A stretch of DNA of 47,068 bases from a virus (taxonomy: Duplodnaviria; Caudoviricetes): the IMG/VR virus record IMGVR_UViG_3300037722_000249, positions 1-47,068 of that record, one strand, 5' to 3'. The position numbers and the translations under genes were made by a program. Positions 19,447-27,029 of the stretch are shown here, in pieces. The notes beneath the pieces were generated by a model. The model saw nothing but the letters and a program-made list of their open reading frames with translations, did not search any database and was not told where the DNA came from. The first letter of the stretch is position 1. Every line of letters begins with the position of its first letter.

Positions 19447-19640
19447 AGCTTATCCCGCTGTTGAATCGTCATCAGGCGGCGCAATTTGGAATCATCGCCT
19501 TTCAAGTCCTTTACCACTCTCACGTCCAGCTTGGTCAGGGTTCGCAATGTATGCTCCAGGAGCATGAGAGCAGGCCCCTGCACGTCCGTTAAAATCTCTG
19601 GCGGGAAGGTCACTACTACCTCAAGTCCTTTTTCAGGCAT
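19443..19640 (-). CDS. 65-aa hypothetical protein in the sugar cluster
   Basis: Overlaps both neighbours. Confidence 0.6.
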   Translation of the reverse strand: MPEKGLEVVVTFPPEILTDVQGPALMLLEHTLRTLTKLDVRVVKDLKGDDSKLRRLMTIQQRDKL

Positions 19641-20721
19641 GTGGAGACATCTGATCGAAGGTCACATAGACCTGTTTCCCGTCCACCATCTCGTACTCCA
19701 GCTTCGGGACTAATGTCTGTCTCGGGTTCATGTAGTACTCCAGCAAACACGCACCACCGGAATTCAACATAGCTGGTATGAGCCTTTGATAGTCCTCCCA
19801 GGTTCTTATTTCACCGGCTGTAATACCGAACGCCAAAGCAACATGCCTGTAGTTGGGAAATGAAACCCCGCTATCAGGAGCAACACCAGACTCTTTCAGT
19901 CCTGCCACTTTTTGGGTGCGGCGGATCATCAAATACCCTTCATTCCTGTAGACGATGATCTTTATCGGGAGCTTGTGATGAACGATGGTTTGCAGCTCCT
20001 GCAGGTTCAACATCATCCCGCCGTCGCAGTGCAGGCAAAGAACCTCACCCTTGTTTGTAGCGAAGCTCGCCCCTATCGCCGCCGGGAGGGCGCAGCCCAT
20101 CTCCCCCAAACCCCCGGAAGTCATGATCCTCTGCTGTGGTTTCAGCCTTAGCACCTGATGGGCCGTGATTAACGACGTGCCCATGTCGGTAACTATGATC
20201 TGGTTGGGTTTCAGGTACTTCTGCAGCCCAGAAGTGAACCTGTAGGCGTTGATATAACCATCAACGTCAGCATGAGTTGGAAATTCAAGCCAAGGGTATT
20301 TAACCGCCCAGTCCCTGCATTCCAGCATCCAGCTTGGAGATGGCTTCCAGTAAAAACTGTCTACAAAGTCCTTGGCATCCCCGGGGATCCACTTTGCATG
20401 CGGGAATTTCCTTACTTCCCTCTCATCTACGTCCACCATGTAGATGTCCTGCTTCGGGGCCTCATGCCCCACGTTCCATATCGCCATCCGATTACCGATG
20501 GCTAATATGGCTTCAGACTTGAACAGGATTTTGTTCGCTACCCTGTTGCCGTAGATCCCTGGACAACCGAAATAGTTCTCGTGGTGGTTGTCTACTAAAT
20601 CCTTGGCCTGCCAGCTCGTCAGAACAGGTATCCCAAGGCCCAAGAGTCTTTCTAGTTTCGCTCCTCTCGCCCCATGACCCAAAAGGATGACTGGCTTGCT
20701 ATACGACTTCACCCTGTACAT
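19633..20721 (-). CDS. ThDP-dependent enzyme (acetolactate synthase-like), middle and PP domains
   Basis: KPVILLGHG, G.YGNR.AN, SGGLGEMGCALPAAIGA, CDGGMMLNLQEL...RNEGY (GDG-x-NN variant). Confidence 0.85.
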   Translation of the reverse strand: MYRVKSYSKPVILLGHGARGAKLERLLGLGIPVLTSWQAKDLVDNHHENYFGCPGIYGNRVANKILFKSEAILAIGNRMAIWNVGHEAPKQDIYMVDVDEREVRKFPHAKWIPGDAKDFVDSFYWKPSPSWMLECRDWAVKYPWLEFPTHADVDGYINAYRFTSGLQKYLKPNQIIVTDMGTSLITAHQVLRLKPQQRIMTSGGLGEMGCALPAAIGASFATNKGEVLCLHCDGGMMLNLQELQTIVHHKLPIKIIVYRNEGYLMIRRTQKVAGLKESGVAPDSGVSFPNYRHVALAFGITAGEIRTWEDYQRLIPAMLNSGGACLLEYYMNPRQTLVPKLEYEMVDGKQVYVTFDQMSPHA

Positions 20722-21205
20722 CCTTTGGGATATCCACCCACACCGGCCCCATCGGGGGGGTTAGGGCGATTCTCGCCATTTCCTCCAACTCTCTTGGGTC
20801 TTTAAGCCTTATCGCTCTCTTGGTGAAGTTCTCTGCAACACCAGAGGAATCGTAACCCTGTATCCCCCAGACTATTGTGGGGGCGTACATATACTTGGAG
20901 GCTTCGTTTCCGGAGAGGATAAGGACCGGGATGCGGTCCATGTAAGCAGCCTCAACCCCGGTGATTGCATTTGTGCTTCCCGCTCCCGTTGTGCAAAGAA
21001 CCGCTGCCAGCACACCCGATGTTCTATAGAAGTAGGATGCAGCCATAACCGCAGCTTGCTCATGGTGCACGCAGACCACTTCTGTAAATCCACGCCTGAC
21101 AATCGCATCCCAGAGAACGAAATTTCCCCCACCTATGATCCCAAAAGCATGGGTTATCCCCTTGGCCTCCAGGAACTCCGCTATCTTTTCAGCTATCGTC
21201 TGCAC
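20699..21205 (-). CDS. ThDP-dependent enzyme, N-terminal Pyr domain
   Basis: FGIIGGG, HHEQAAVMAA (catalytic Glu), TTGAGSTNAITG, GPVWVDIPKDVQ. Confidence 0.88.
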   Translation of the reverse strand: MQTIAEKIAEFLEAKGITHAFGIIGGGNFVLWDAIVRRGFTEVVCVHHEQAAVMAASYFYRTSGVLAAVLCTTGAGSTNAITGVEAAYMDRIPVLILSGNEASKYMYAPTIVWGIQGYDSSGVAENFTKRAIRLKDPRELEEMARIALTPPMGPVWVDIPKDVQGEVV

Positions 21206-22046
21206 GCCAGATGGTGACTACGTTCCTGTTTACCTTGTGGTGCTCCAGGTTCTTTCTGTAAGCATCGGGCTCGCTTTTCCTGGGTAACATCCCGAGCCGG
21301 TTATCTCTAGCAGAGGTCAACTCAACTATGAAAGCCGCATCACTACCTCCAATTACCCTCTGCCTTTGCTCTTTTACGAGCATTTCCGGCCATAGGTGAT
21401 CCCACGCCCCGCCCAATTGCGCCTTCAGGAAATCCACGTCTTCCTTCTTGGGTCTTACCAGGTGACAGGTCGGAATCCTAGCCGTGACGGCATAAAGATT
21501 TGGCCCTATCTCCCTCCACCCAGCACCAGAGTCAAACGAGCTATTCATCGGCAACTCTATGTTCGAAGACTTCCACCCCTGGTGAAGGTGCTCCATCGCA
21601 AGTCTTACGAGCTTCGCGTTAGAGGTCGGTTCTTTCAACTCCGGGAAGGTCTCGGCAACAACCCTGGGATGAGGAACGGCAACGCAGGTATACGGATTCT
21701 CCGAGGCTATTTTGACCATCGTTCTGATGGTCCCCTCACCGAATATCAGATCCGGAGGGGCTACCAACAAGGCGGATTCGGTTTCCACCGCAGCCCTCAT
21801 CTCGCCGGCCAAGCACTTGACGAGATATTTTCCTATATTCCCCTGATGCTCGACCTTGTGGATTTCCAGGGGGATGCCAACAGGGCCTAAAGTTCTTCTG
21901 ACCCGATCCTCCTGTCCCGTACATACCGTCCACGTCGCACCCTCCAAAGCCTTTCTGTTTTCCGGCCAGTTGAGGGAGGCTGAGCTTCTTTTCAACCATT
22001 CCAGGTATTTATCGCCGTAAACCAGCGTGAAGATCCTAAGTTTCAC
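21189..22046 (-). CDS. Hypothetical protein, possibly GT-A-like
   Basis: N-terminal beta strand IFTLVYG, PPDLIFG motif, sugar-cluster context. Confidence 0.5.
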   Translation of the reverse strand: MKLRIFTLVYGDKYLEWLKRSSASLNWPENRKALEGATWTVCTGQEDRVRRTLGPVGIPLEIHKVEHQGNIGKYLVKCLAGEMRAAVETESALLVAPPDLIFGEGTIRTMVKIASENPYTCVAVPHPRVVAETFPELKEPTSNAKLVRLAMEHLHQGWKSSNIELPMNSSFDSGAGWREIGPNLYAVTARIPTCHLVRPKKEDVDFLKAQLGGAWDHLWPEMLVKEQRQRVIGGSDAAFIVELTSARDNRLGMLPRKSEPDAYRKNLEHHKVNRNVVTIWRADDS

Positions 22047-22446
22047 GCAATTCCTTCAGCACCTGATGACCTGTCTCCAACTGTCTTTCTTCTGACTGCT
22101 GCATATCCACCCCATTTAGATAGTGGGTGACTAGCACAGCCCTCATTCCTATATTTTCCGCAGTCCACACCGCAGAGAGGATGTTCGGGGACTTACCAGA
22201 CCCGGAGAGAGCTATTAGCAAATCTCCAGGTTCTCCTACTTTCTCGATCCACCGGGCAAAAACGGTTTCATACCCGTAGTCGTTGGCAAAAGCAGTCAAA
22301 GTCGCGGGGTCGAGCGTGAAAGCCTTTATGCCAACGGACAAAAGATCGTTCGCGATATGGACTGCGTTCGCGTAACTCCCCCCGTTGCCGATGAGATAAA
22401 CCCTCTTAGCCTTCCTGACAAGTTCCGAGAGCTTCGAAGACTTCAT
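22036..22446 (-). CDS. gmhA: SIS-domain phosphoheptose isomerase-like (GmhA-like)
   Basis: IGNGGS, TAFANDYGYETVF, GDLLIALSGSGKSPNI; short and divergent. Confidence 0.75.
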   Translation of the reverse strand: MKSSKLSELVRKAKRVYLIGNGGSYANAVHIANDLLSVGIKAFTLDPATLTAFANDYGYETVFARWIEKVGEPGDLLIALSGSGKSPNILSAVWTAENIGMRAVLVTHYLNGVDMQQSEERQLETGHQVLKELRET

Positions 22447-23218
22447 CTCTTCCCACTACGGCTGTTCCAAATCTACTTACCGCAACCCCAGCGGCCTTGT
22501 TCGCATATTTAGCCGCCTGATAGAAATCATGACCATCGTGAACGGCAACGGCAAAAGCCGCTATGGCGGTCTCTCCCGCCCCAGATACGTCAACCAATTC
22601 TCTGGGCTCGGCGTAGATCCTCACCGACCAGTCTTCGTACAAGGTCATGCCTTCAGAGGCCCTGGTGAGGAGAATCGCCCGGATATCCGCTTTTTCCTTT
22701 ATCGCCTCGACCTTGTTGGCCAAATCCTGCTCATCCTTCCACCCCCCGACCATGACCCTCATCTCATCCAGGTTGGGTTTAACCAGGTCCGCACCCCTAT
22801 AGCGTTCGTAGTCATAGCCTTTGGGGTCAACCAAGACTGTTTTCCCTTCTTTCCTGCACTGCGCAATCAAACTCTGGACGTTGGCTAGAGAGCCCTTCCC
22901 GTAGTCAACAAAGACGACGACATCTATTCCCGACAGATCCAGCCTGGTAATGGGTTCCTGGGGGAAGTCGAAATCAATCCGGAGCATCTGCTGCTTTTTA
23001 CTCACCACCCTGAGTTTTCGGATTCGCTCCCCGCTTCCAAAAACCCGTCTTACCTCGACCCCCATCGCTTCTACGTTGTTCGCGACGTTCGCGGCCGCGC
23101 CTTCTCGTTTTTCTATCCTTTGAACCGAGATAACAGGTACTGGAGCCTCGGGAGAGATCCTCGTTACCTCCCCGAACCAGTACTCGTCCAGCATCGCGTC
23201 CCCACAAACGAGGATCAA
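22406..23218 (-). CDS. PfkB-family heptose-7-phosphate kinase-like (HldE/RfaE domain I)
   Basis: GDAMLDEY, RISPEAPVPV, GAAANVA, DYGKG, VDPKG, KPNxxE, DVSGAGET. Confidence 0.88.
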   Translation of the reverse strand: MILVCGDAMLDEYWFGEVTRISPEAPVPVISVQRIEKREGAAANVANNVEAMGVEVRRVFGSGERIRKLRVVSKKQQMLRIDFDFPQEPITRLDLSGIDVVVFVDYGKGSLANVQSLIAQCRKEGKTVLVDPKGYDYERYRGADLVKPNLDEMRVMVGGWKDEQDLANKVEAIKEKADIRAILLTRASEGMTLYEDWSVRIYAEPRELVDVSGAGETAIAAFAVAVHDGHDFYQAAKYANKAAGVAVSRFGTAVVGRDEVFEALGTCQEG

Positions 23219-24627
23219 ACAATGCCTGCCTTCGGGTACTCGATTTTCTTTCCGAAGTCCTGAGCTGCGTGGTAGGTCTTGCTGAATAAGGCCATGTACT
23301 GAAGACCATCATGAGGGTGGGAGTAGTCGTTCTTCTCCGGAACGTCCCTGTATCTCTCGTCCCCCGTTACCTGGACCCTTTTGTAGTGATAGCCGCCGTT
23401 GAAACCTTTTCTGATGAATCTGGCGTTTGGAGAGACTGCCAGTCCTGGTGCTCCATCAATAAGTTTCGTGAGATAGGCAGCAACAGCCTCTCTGCGGGCG
23501 ACGAATTCATTGGTGATAGCCGGCATTGCAGGGATTCCTGCTTCTGCCAGCTCCATAAAGCAAGTTTTCTCGTCACTGTCCGCCCTTCTATTGCCCGCGG
23601 GATCTCCAGTAGCCTGGATCCTGTAACCTGGGAAATTCATCGCCAGAAACGGCTTGACAGCGTCTCGCGCAAATTGGCGAATCCCCATGTCATTACCAAG
23701 CAGATCAGCAAAAATACGAAGCTGACCCCTGGGAGTGACTTGACCAACCACACAAGCGGGCGTGAGGCCGTAGTCGAAACCCAGTAGAAGGGGGAGCCCC
23801 GCATAGGGTTTTACCTCCCTGCAATGCAGCTCATCGTTCCACTCAGGGTAGACCGGCTTGCCAGAGGCTATCGTCCCCCACTGAGCCAAGGCATAGACCT
23901 TGATCCACTCTTTATTCTTGCCCTGAATTTGTCTCAGGTAGTACTCGTGCCCACCTGGTAAATTGGGAATGTTTTCGGCTTCAGGATTTGGAACGTAAAT
24001 CCCGTTTCTATCTATCAACCCACCCGGTTGTCTGAAAAACTTGAACCCTTCCGGCTTTTCTTCCTCGAACAACCTGTAGATGAAATGGTCGTCATCGGGG
24101 AAGTTGGTATCTCCAAACATCCCATACCAAGTAGGCCCACCCCACCTTTGCGGTGGATATCTCCCGACCCTCTGGGAGCACATGTCGAATACAGCCTTTG
24201 GAACTTCCGACATCTCGGAAATCGCCGCCCAGGTCAATTCCAAAGACTTCAGCTTCCCAACATCCTCCGGACGATCCAAGGCTAAAAACAGAATCTCACA
24301 CCTCATCCGCGTCTTGTCAGGAAGCTCGATATCCAACTTCGCACTTATGGGAGAAGCCCAATTTATCGGCGCTACCTCCTCCGGGAACCACTCCTGAAAG
24401 CTCTTTATGACCGTGCTGCGTAACTCAGGGTAAGTGTTGCGGAGGATCATCCCCCTCGTGTACCTGGTCCGCTCGTAAGGCTCCTGGGCCATGCTTACGG
24501 CCATGCCCTTCATGATCGAGCCCACGGTCTTTCCTGACCCAACAGGGCCGGCGATCAGGCTTACAAAGCTACGGTCAACTAAATACTCGTTGCAAATGGG
24601 GCCCGGCGGGGTGTAGGAAATTTCCAG
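23215..24627 (-). CDS. terL: Terminase large subunit (probable CTG start at 24627)
   Basis: Walker A GPVGSGKT lies upstream of the first GTG (24525); RNTYPEL, nuclease GFDYG, GDPAG, HPHDGLQY. Confidence 0.9.
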   Translation of the reverse strand: MEISYTPPGPICNEYLVDRSFVSLIAGPVGSGKTVGSIMKGMAVSMAQEPYERTRYTRGMILRNTYPELRSTVIKSFQEWFPEEVAPINWASPISAKLDIELPDKTRMRCEILFLALDRPEDVGKLKSLELTWAAISEMSEVPKAVFDMCSQRVGRYPPQRWGGPTWYGMFGDTNFPDDDHFIYRLFEEEKPEGFKFFRQPGGLIDRNGIYVPNPEAENIPNLPGGHEYYLRQIQGKNKEWIKVYALAQWGTIASGKPVYPEWNDELHCREVKPYAGLPLLLGFDYGLTPACVVGQVTPRGQLRIFADLLGNDMGIRQFARDAVKPFLAMNFPGYRIQATGDPAGNRRADSDEKTCFMELAEAGIPAMPAITNEFVARREAVAAYLTKLIDGAPGLAVSPNARFIRKGFNGGYHYKRVQVTGDERYRDVPEKNDYSHPHDGLQYMALFSKTYHAAQDFGKKIEYPKAGIV

Positions 24628-24628
24628 C

Positions 24629-24838
24629 TCAAGCCTTCCAGAAGAACCCGACAGTAATCGAGAACTTCATAAACGGGCGGAACTCAAAAACGTAGTTCTT
24701 CGACCCAGACGGAAACGTAGTAACCATTAGCTTAAACGGCCACAACCCCCAAACCTGATAAACCCCAGTCGCGGCAATCTCTCTTACCGCCTCCGTGGCA
24801 TCAGCCGAAGAAAACGGCGGCGGAATCGGCGTCAGCAT
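24629..24838 (-). CDS. Hypothetical protein (69 aa)
   Basis: ATG at 24838, one base after the upstream TAG. Confidence 0.45.
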   Translation of the reverse strand: MLTPIPPPFSSADATEAVREIAATGVYQVWGLWPFKLMVTTFPSGSKNYVFEFRPFMKFSITVGFFWKA

Positions 24839-24839
24839 C

Positions 24840-24908
24840 CTACTTCTTCTTCCTGCCTGGATGACCAGGTTTAGACGGGTAAGACGGCTTCTTGCCTTTG
24901 TGCGGCAT
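24840..24908 (-). CDS. 22-aa basic peptide MPHKGKKPSYPSKPGHPGRKKK
   Basis: RBS AAGGGAG; fills the gap between two ORFs exactly. Confidence 0.45.
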   Translation of the reverse strand: MPHKGKKPSYPSKPGHPGRKKK

Positions 24909-24909
24909 T

Positions 24910-25068
24910 TCAAGCTCCCTTAGGCTTCCCTAGAACGACGATTACGAGTACGGGTTCCAACCCGAAGTCCGCCCCCAGAACCAACTCCCTCTGCCGAATC
25001 TTCATCAAGTGCAACAGTGGATCTCCAAGCGGCTTGTTCGTCAGCAACTCATCCACATTCACTTTCAT
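24910..25068 (-). CDS. 52-aa hypothetical protein
   Basis: ATGA overlap with the upstream ORF. Confidence 0.45.
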   Translation of the reverse strand: MKVNVDELLTNKPLGDPLLHLMKIRQRELVLGADFGLEPVLVIVVLGKPKGA

Positions 25069-25371
25069 TTAGCCCTGCGCTTTCTCATATACTCCCGCTG
25101 GTAGGCGTTGTAAGCCTCACGCGAGCGCCGATTCTTCGTTTTAGAACCACAACCCGCCTGGTGAGGCGAAGACTCAACCGAAGCCTCGGAGAGACATACA
25201 CCCCATATAACGGCAGGCGAAACCCGACCCTCATCTCGTCCGGTGTTAGTCGCTGCCATATCCGGCTTGTTAGTCGCTGGTGCCTTGTTAGTCGCATTCC
25301 TGTTAGTCGCAAAGACGTGCGCTTGGTAACTCTCGTGGCGCGTTACCGCAGAGGTCACATAGGGGCTTCAT
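25065..25371 (-). CDS. Small basic protein with ATN repeats; N-terminus possibly frameshifted
   Basis: C-terminal REAYNAYQREYMRKRR; CxxC (frame from ATG 25371) and H-x5-H (frame of ORF 25065..25358) are offset by 1 nt. Confidence 0.45.
25244..25310. repeat. Four exact copies of TGTTAGTCGC
   Basis: At 25244, 25268, 25286 and 25301. Confidence 0.9.
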
Positions 25372-25507
25372 TTAGGACCTGGAATGCGTGGGAGGGGAGG
25401 AGCCGTCAACGGAAGCCTGCCCCCGGGGGTCGTTTTTCGGACCCCCACCCCCGGCCGACGAAAAAGGGAGCCCTCAAGCATGCTTTTCTCGAACTACGGA
25501 TTTCTAA

Positions 25508-25957
25508 TCAGTCGCGAATCACTGTGCCATCAATGACTTGCGCGTCGTCCTGTGCAATCCGAGCTGCACCAGGGCCGATGTTGAGGGTGATCGATACTCG
25601 ACCGGTCATGTCTGGTGGCTGATCCTGGCCGTAGATGCGGCGACATACGCGCTCCAGATCCCACTGTGCGGCTTTCAGGCGCTCTCGACCGCGCGCGAGC
25701 GACAGCACGTCTTGCGCGGTGTCTAGCTCATCCTCAGCCTCTTCCTTGCGCTTTAGAGCCCTGATTACCTGAGTTGCCTTCCACTGTTCTTCTGCGGTGT
25801 TCAGGAGCCATTGGTTTAGGGCTGAGCGTGTTACACCGAAGCTAGCGGCGATATCCTTTGTGCTTTCCTCGTTTAGCACTCGGTTTAGCACCTCTAGGGG
25901 GTTTGCTTTCTTTAGGGGCTTTAGAGCGCCTTGTCTGCTTGCTAGGGCGTTTGTCAT
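25508..25957 (-). CDS. terS: Terminase small subunit
   Basis: HTH (TKDIAASFGVTRSALNQWL), ARERLKAAQW.LER..R.IYG, upstream of terL. Confidence 0.75.
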   Translation of the reverse strand: MTNALASRQGALKPLKKANPLEVLNRVLNEESTKDIAASFGVTRSALNQWLLNTAEEQWKATQVIRALKRKEEAEDELDTAQDVLSLARGRERLKAAQWDLERVCRRIYGQDQPPDMTGRVSITLNIGPGAARIAQDDAQVIDGTVIRD

Positions 25958-26186
25958 GTTCTAGGTTGTTTAGTCTCATGGCGAGTTCGGCGATGATCCT
26001 GGTGAGGCCGGTGTTCTGCGAACCAAGGAATTTAGCTGCCTGGCTCTGCAAGCCCATGCTGATAAAACCGAAGAATTGATCCTGCACTACCTGTGACTCG
26101 TAATCCTTGACGGCTTTCTCGCGCTCAGACTCTCGCCGTACATCGCTCTTCGGCCTTCTAAACGGCAGCAACCCGAGTAAGCTCAT
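25842..26186 (-). CDS. Hypothetical protein
   Basis: ORF with upstream CAGG RBS-like sequence; basic tail overlaps terS. Confidence 0.5.
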   Translation of the reverse strand: MSLLGLLPFRRPKSDVRRESEREKAVKDYESQVVQDQFFGFISMGLQSQAAKFLGSQNTGLTRIIAELAMRLNNLEHDKRPSKQTRRSKAPKESKPPRGAKPSAKRGKHKGYRR

Positions 26187-26206
26187 TTGTCAGGCAACCT
26201 GCCTGT

Positions 26207-26473
26207 TCACACAGCATCCGAGATCATGCCGGCGATGCGCTCGTAGTCGTCCATACTCGGCGGGATGTACTTCAGCGCATCCGGACTGCGCATCCTCACA
26301 ACCTTTCCGGGCCTGTTGGGAGACACTAGATCGTCTAGATTCACCATGCCATCCAACATAAGCCAGCAGCCATCAAGGCTTACGCCATCAGGCAGTGGTA
26401 AATATTGGTCGTGTAGATCGCTCACGTAGGCGATCTCGTCTTGGTCTATCACTAGTTCAGTCATCAGGCTCAT
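26207..26473 (-). CDS. 88-aa protein containing a portal-like segment
   Basis: GCWLMLDGMVNLDDLVSPNRPGKVVRMRSPDALK matches portal GRWMALDGMVNIDDLLTSRPGGIVRVKTFDAVK. Confidence 0.75.
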   Translation of the reverse strand: MSLMTELVIDQDEIAYVSDLHDQYLPLPDGVSLDGCWLMLDGMVNLDDLVSPNRPGKVVRMRSPDALKYIPPSMDDYERIAGMISDAV

Positions 26474-26663
26474 GTCTCTTGTACCATTCGAGATCGTGGG
26501 CTAGCGCCTTCATTGTGTTTCTGGCCTTGCGAAGCTCCTCCAGACTTTGGAGGTAGGCTTCAGCCAAGCCTGTTAAGCTCTCTCTCGCAACACTTAGTTT
26601 CATGTGCTTCCGAGCGGTTTGGCTCTCACTCAGTACCTGGTTCGCGAACTCAACCGCTTCCAT
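26457..26663 (-). CDS. Hypothetical protein
   Basis: Helical ORF overlapping neighbours. Confidence 0.5.
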   Translation of the reverse strand: MEAVEFANQVLSESQTARKHMKLSVARESLTGLAEAYLQSLEELRKARNTMKALAHDLEWYKRHEPDD

Positions 26664-26832
26664 ACTTCAGGTCTCTCGCTCTCCATCCCAGTCGCTTTGC
26701 AAAGAACTCAAGCTCTGCAGCCAAGGTGATTAGCTCATCAGGTGAGCCTTGGGCTATGGTCTCGTTTAGCCTTCTAGCGGCTTTGGTGGCTGATACGCAG
26801 TACTGCGCTATTTCACAGTCGTTTAGCTTCAT
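26650..26832 (-). CDS. Hypothetical protein, first ORF after the putative late promoter
   Basis: ORF position and overlap. Confidence 0.5.
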   Translation of the reverse strand: MKLNDCEIAQYCVSATKAARRLNETIAQGSPDELITLAAELEFFAKRLGWRARDLKYGSG

Positions 26833-26984
26833 CTGCCAATGCTTTGCCCTGCTGTTCGTAGCAGCTATCGCCCGGGCCAGGCGCTCACATGGAGAAATTG
26901 TCGAGTTTCCGGGCCTTCAGAGAATAGAAGGCCGCTATTTAGTCGAACCGGCCGAGGCCGATAACTGCTCGAATTGACCTACAG

Positions 26985-27020
26985 ACCAATATACTGTGCT
27001 AAAGGTTCCTGAGATGTCAA
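26985..27020 (-). promoter_or_regulatory. Putative late (pR'-like) promoter
   Basis: Perfect TTGACA (27020-27015) with AT-rich CAGTATATT 18-21 nt downstream, just after the Q-like gene. Confidence 0.45.
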
Positions 27021-27029
27021 TGGGTTGTG

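Noticed and set aside
19633-21205. ilvB auxiliary gene for branched-chain amino acid synthesis
   Set aside because: No regulatory subunit or other ilv genes; the neighbours are all sugar-modifying enzymes.
1267-24410. Many + strand ORFs across the structural and sugar region, and - strand ORFs in 33.9-42.7 kb
   Set aside because: Antisense shadows of well-supported genes in GC-rich DNA, with no motifs or RBS.
25244-25310. Mini-CRISPR array
   Set aside because: Repeats are only 10 bp with 5-14 bp gaps, all in one reading frame.
26930-26985. tRNA-like GGTTCGACT in the late leader (- strand)
   Set aside because: No cloverleaf, matching T-stem or CCA; more likely part of a structured leader.
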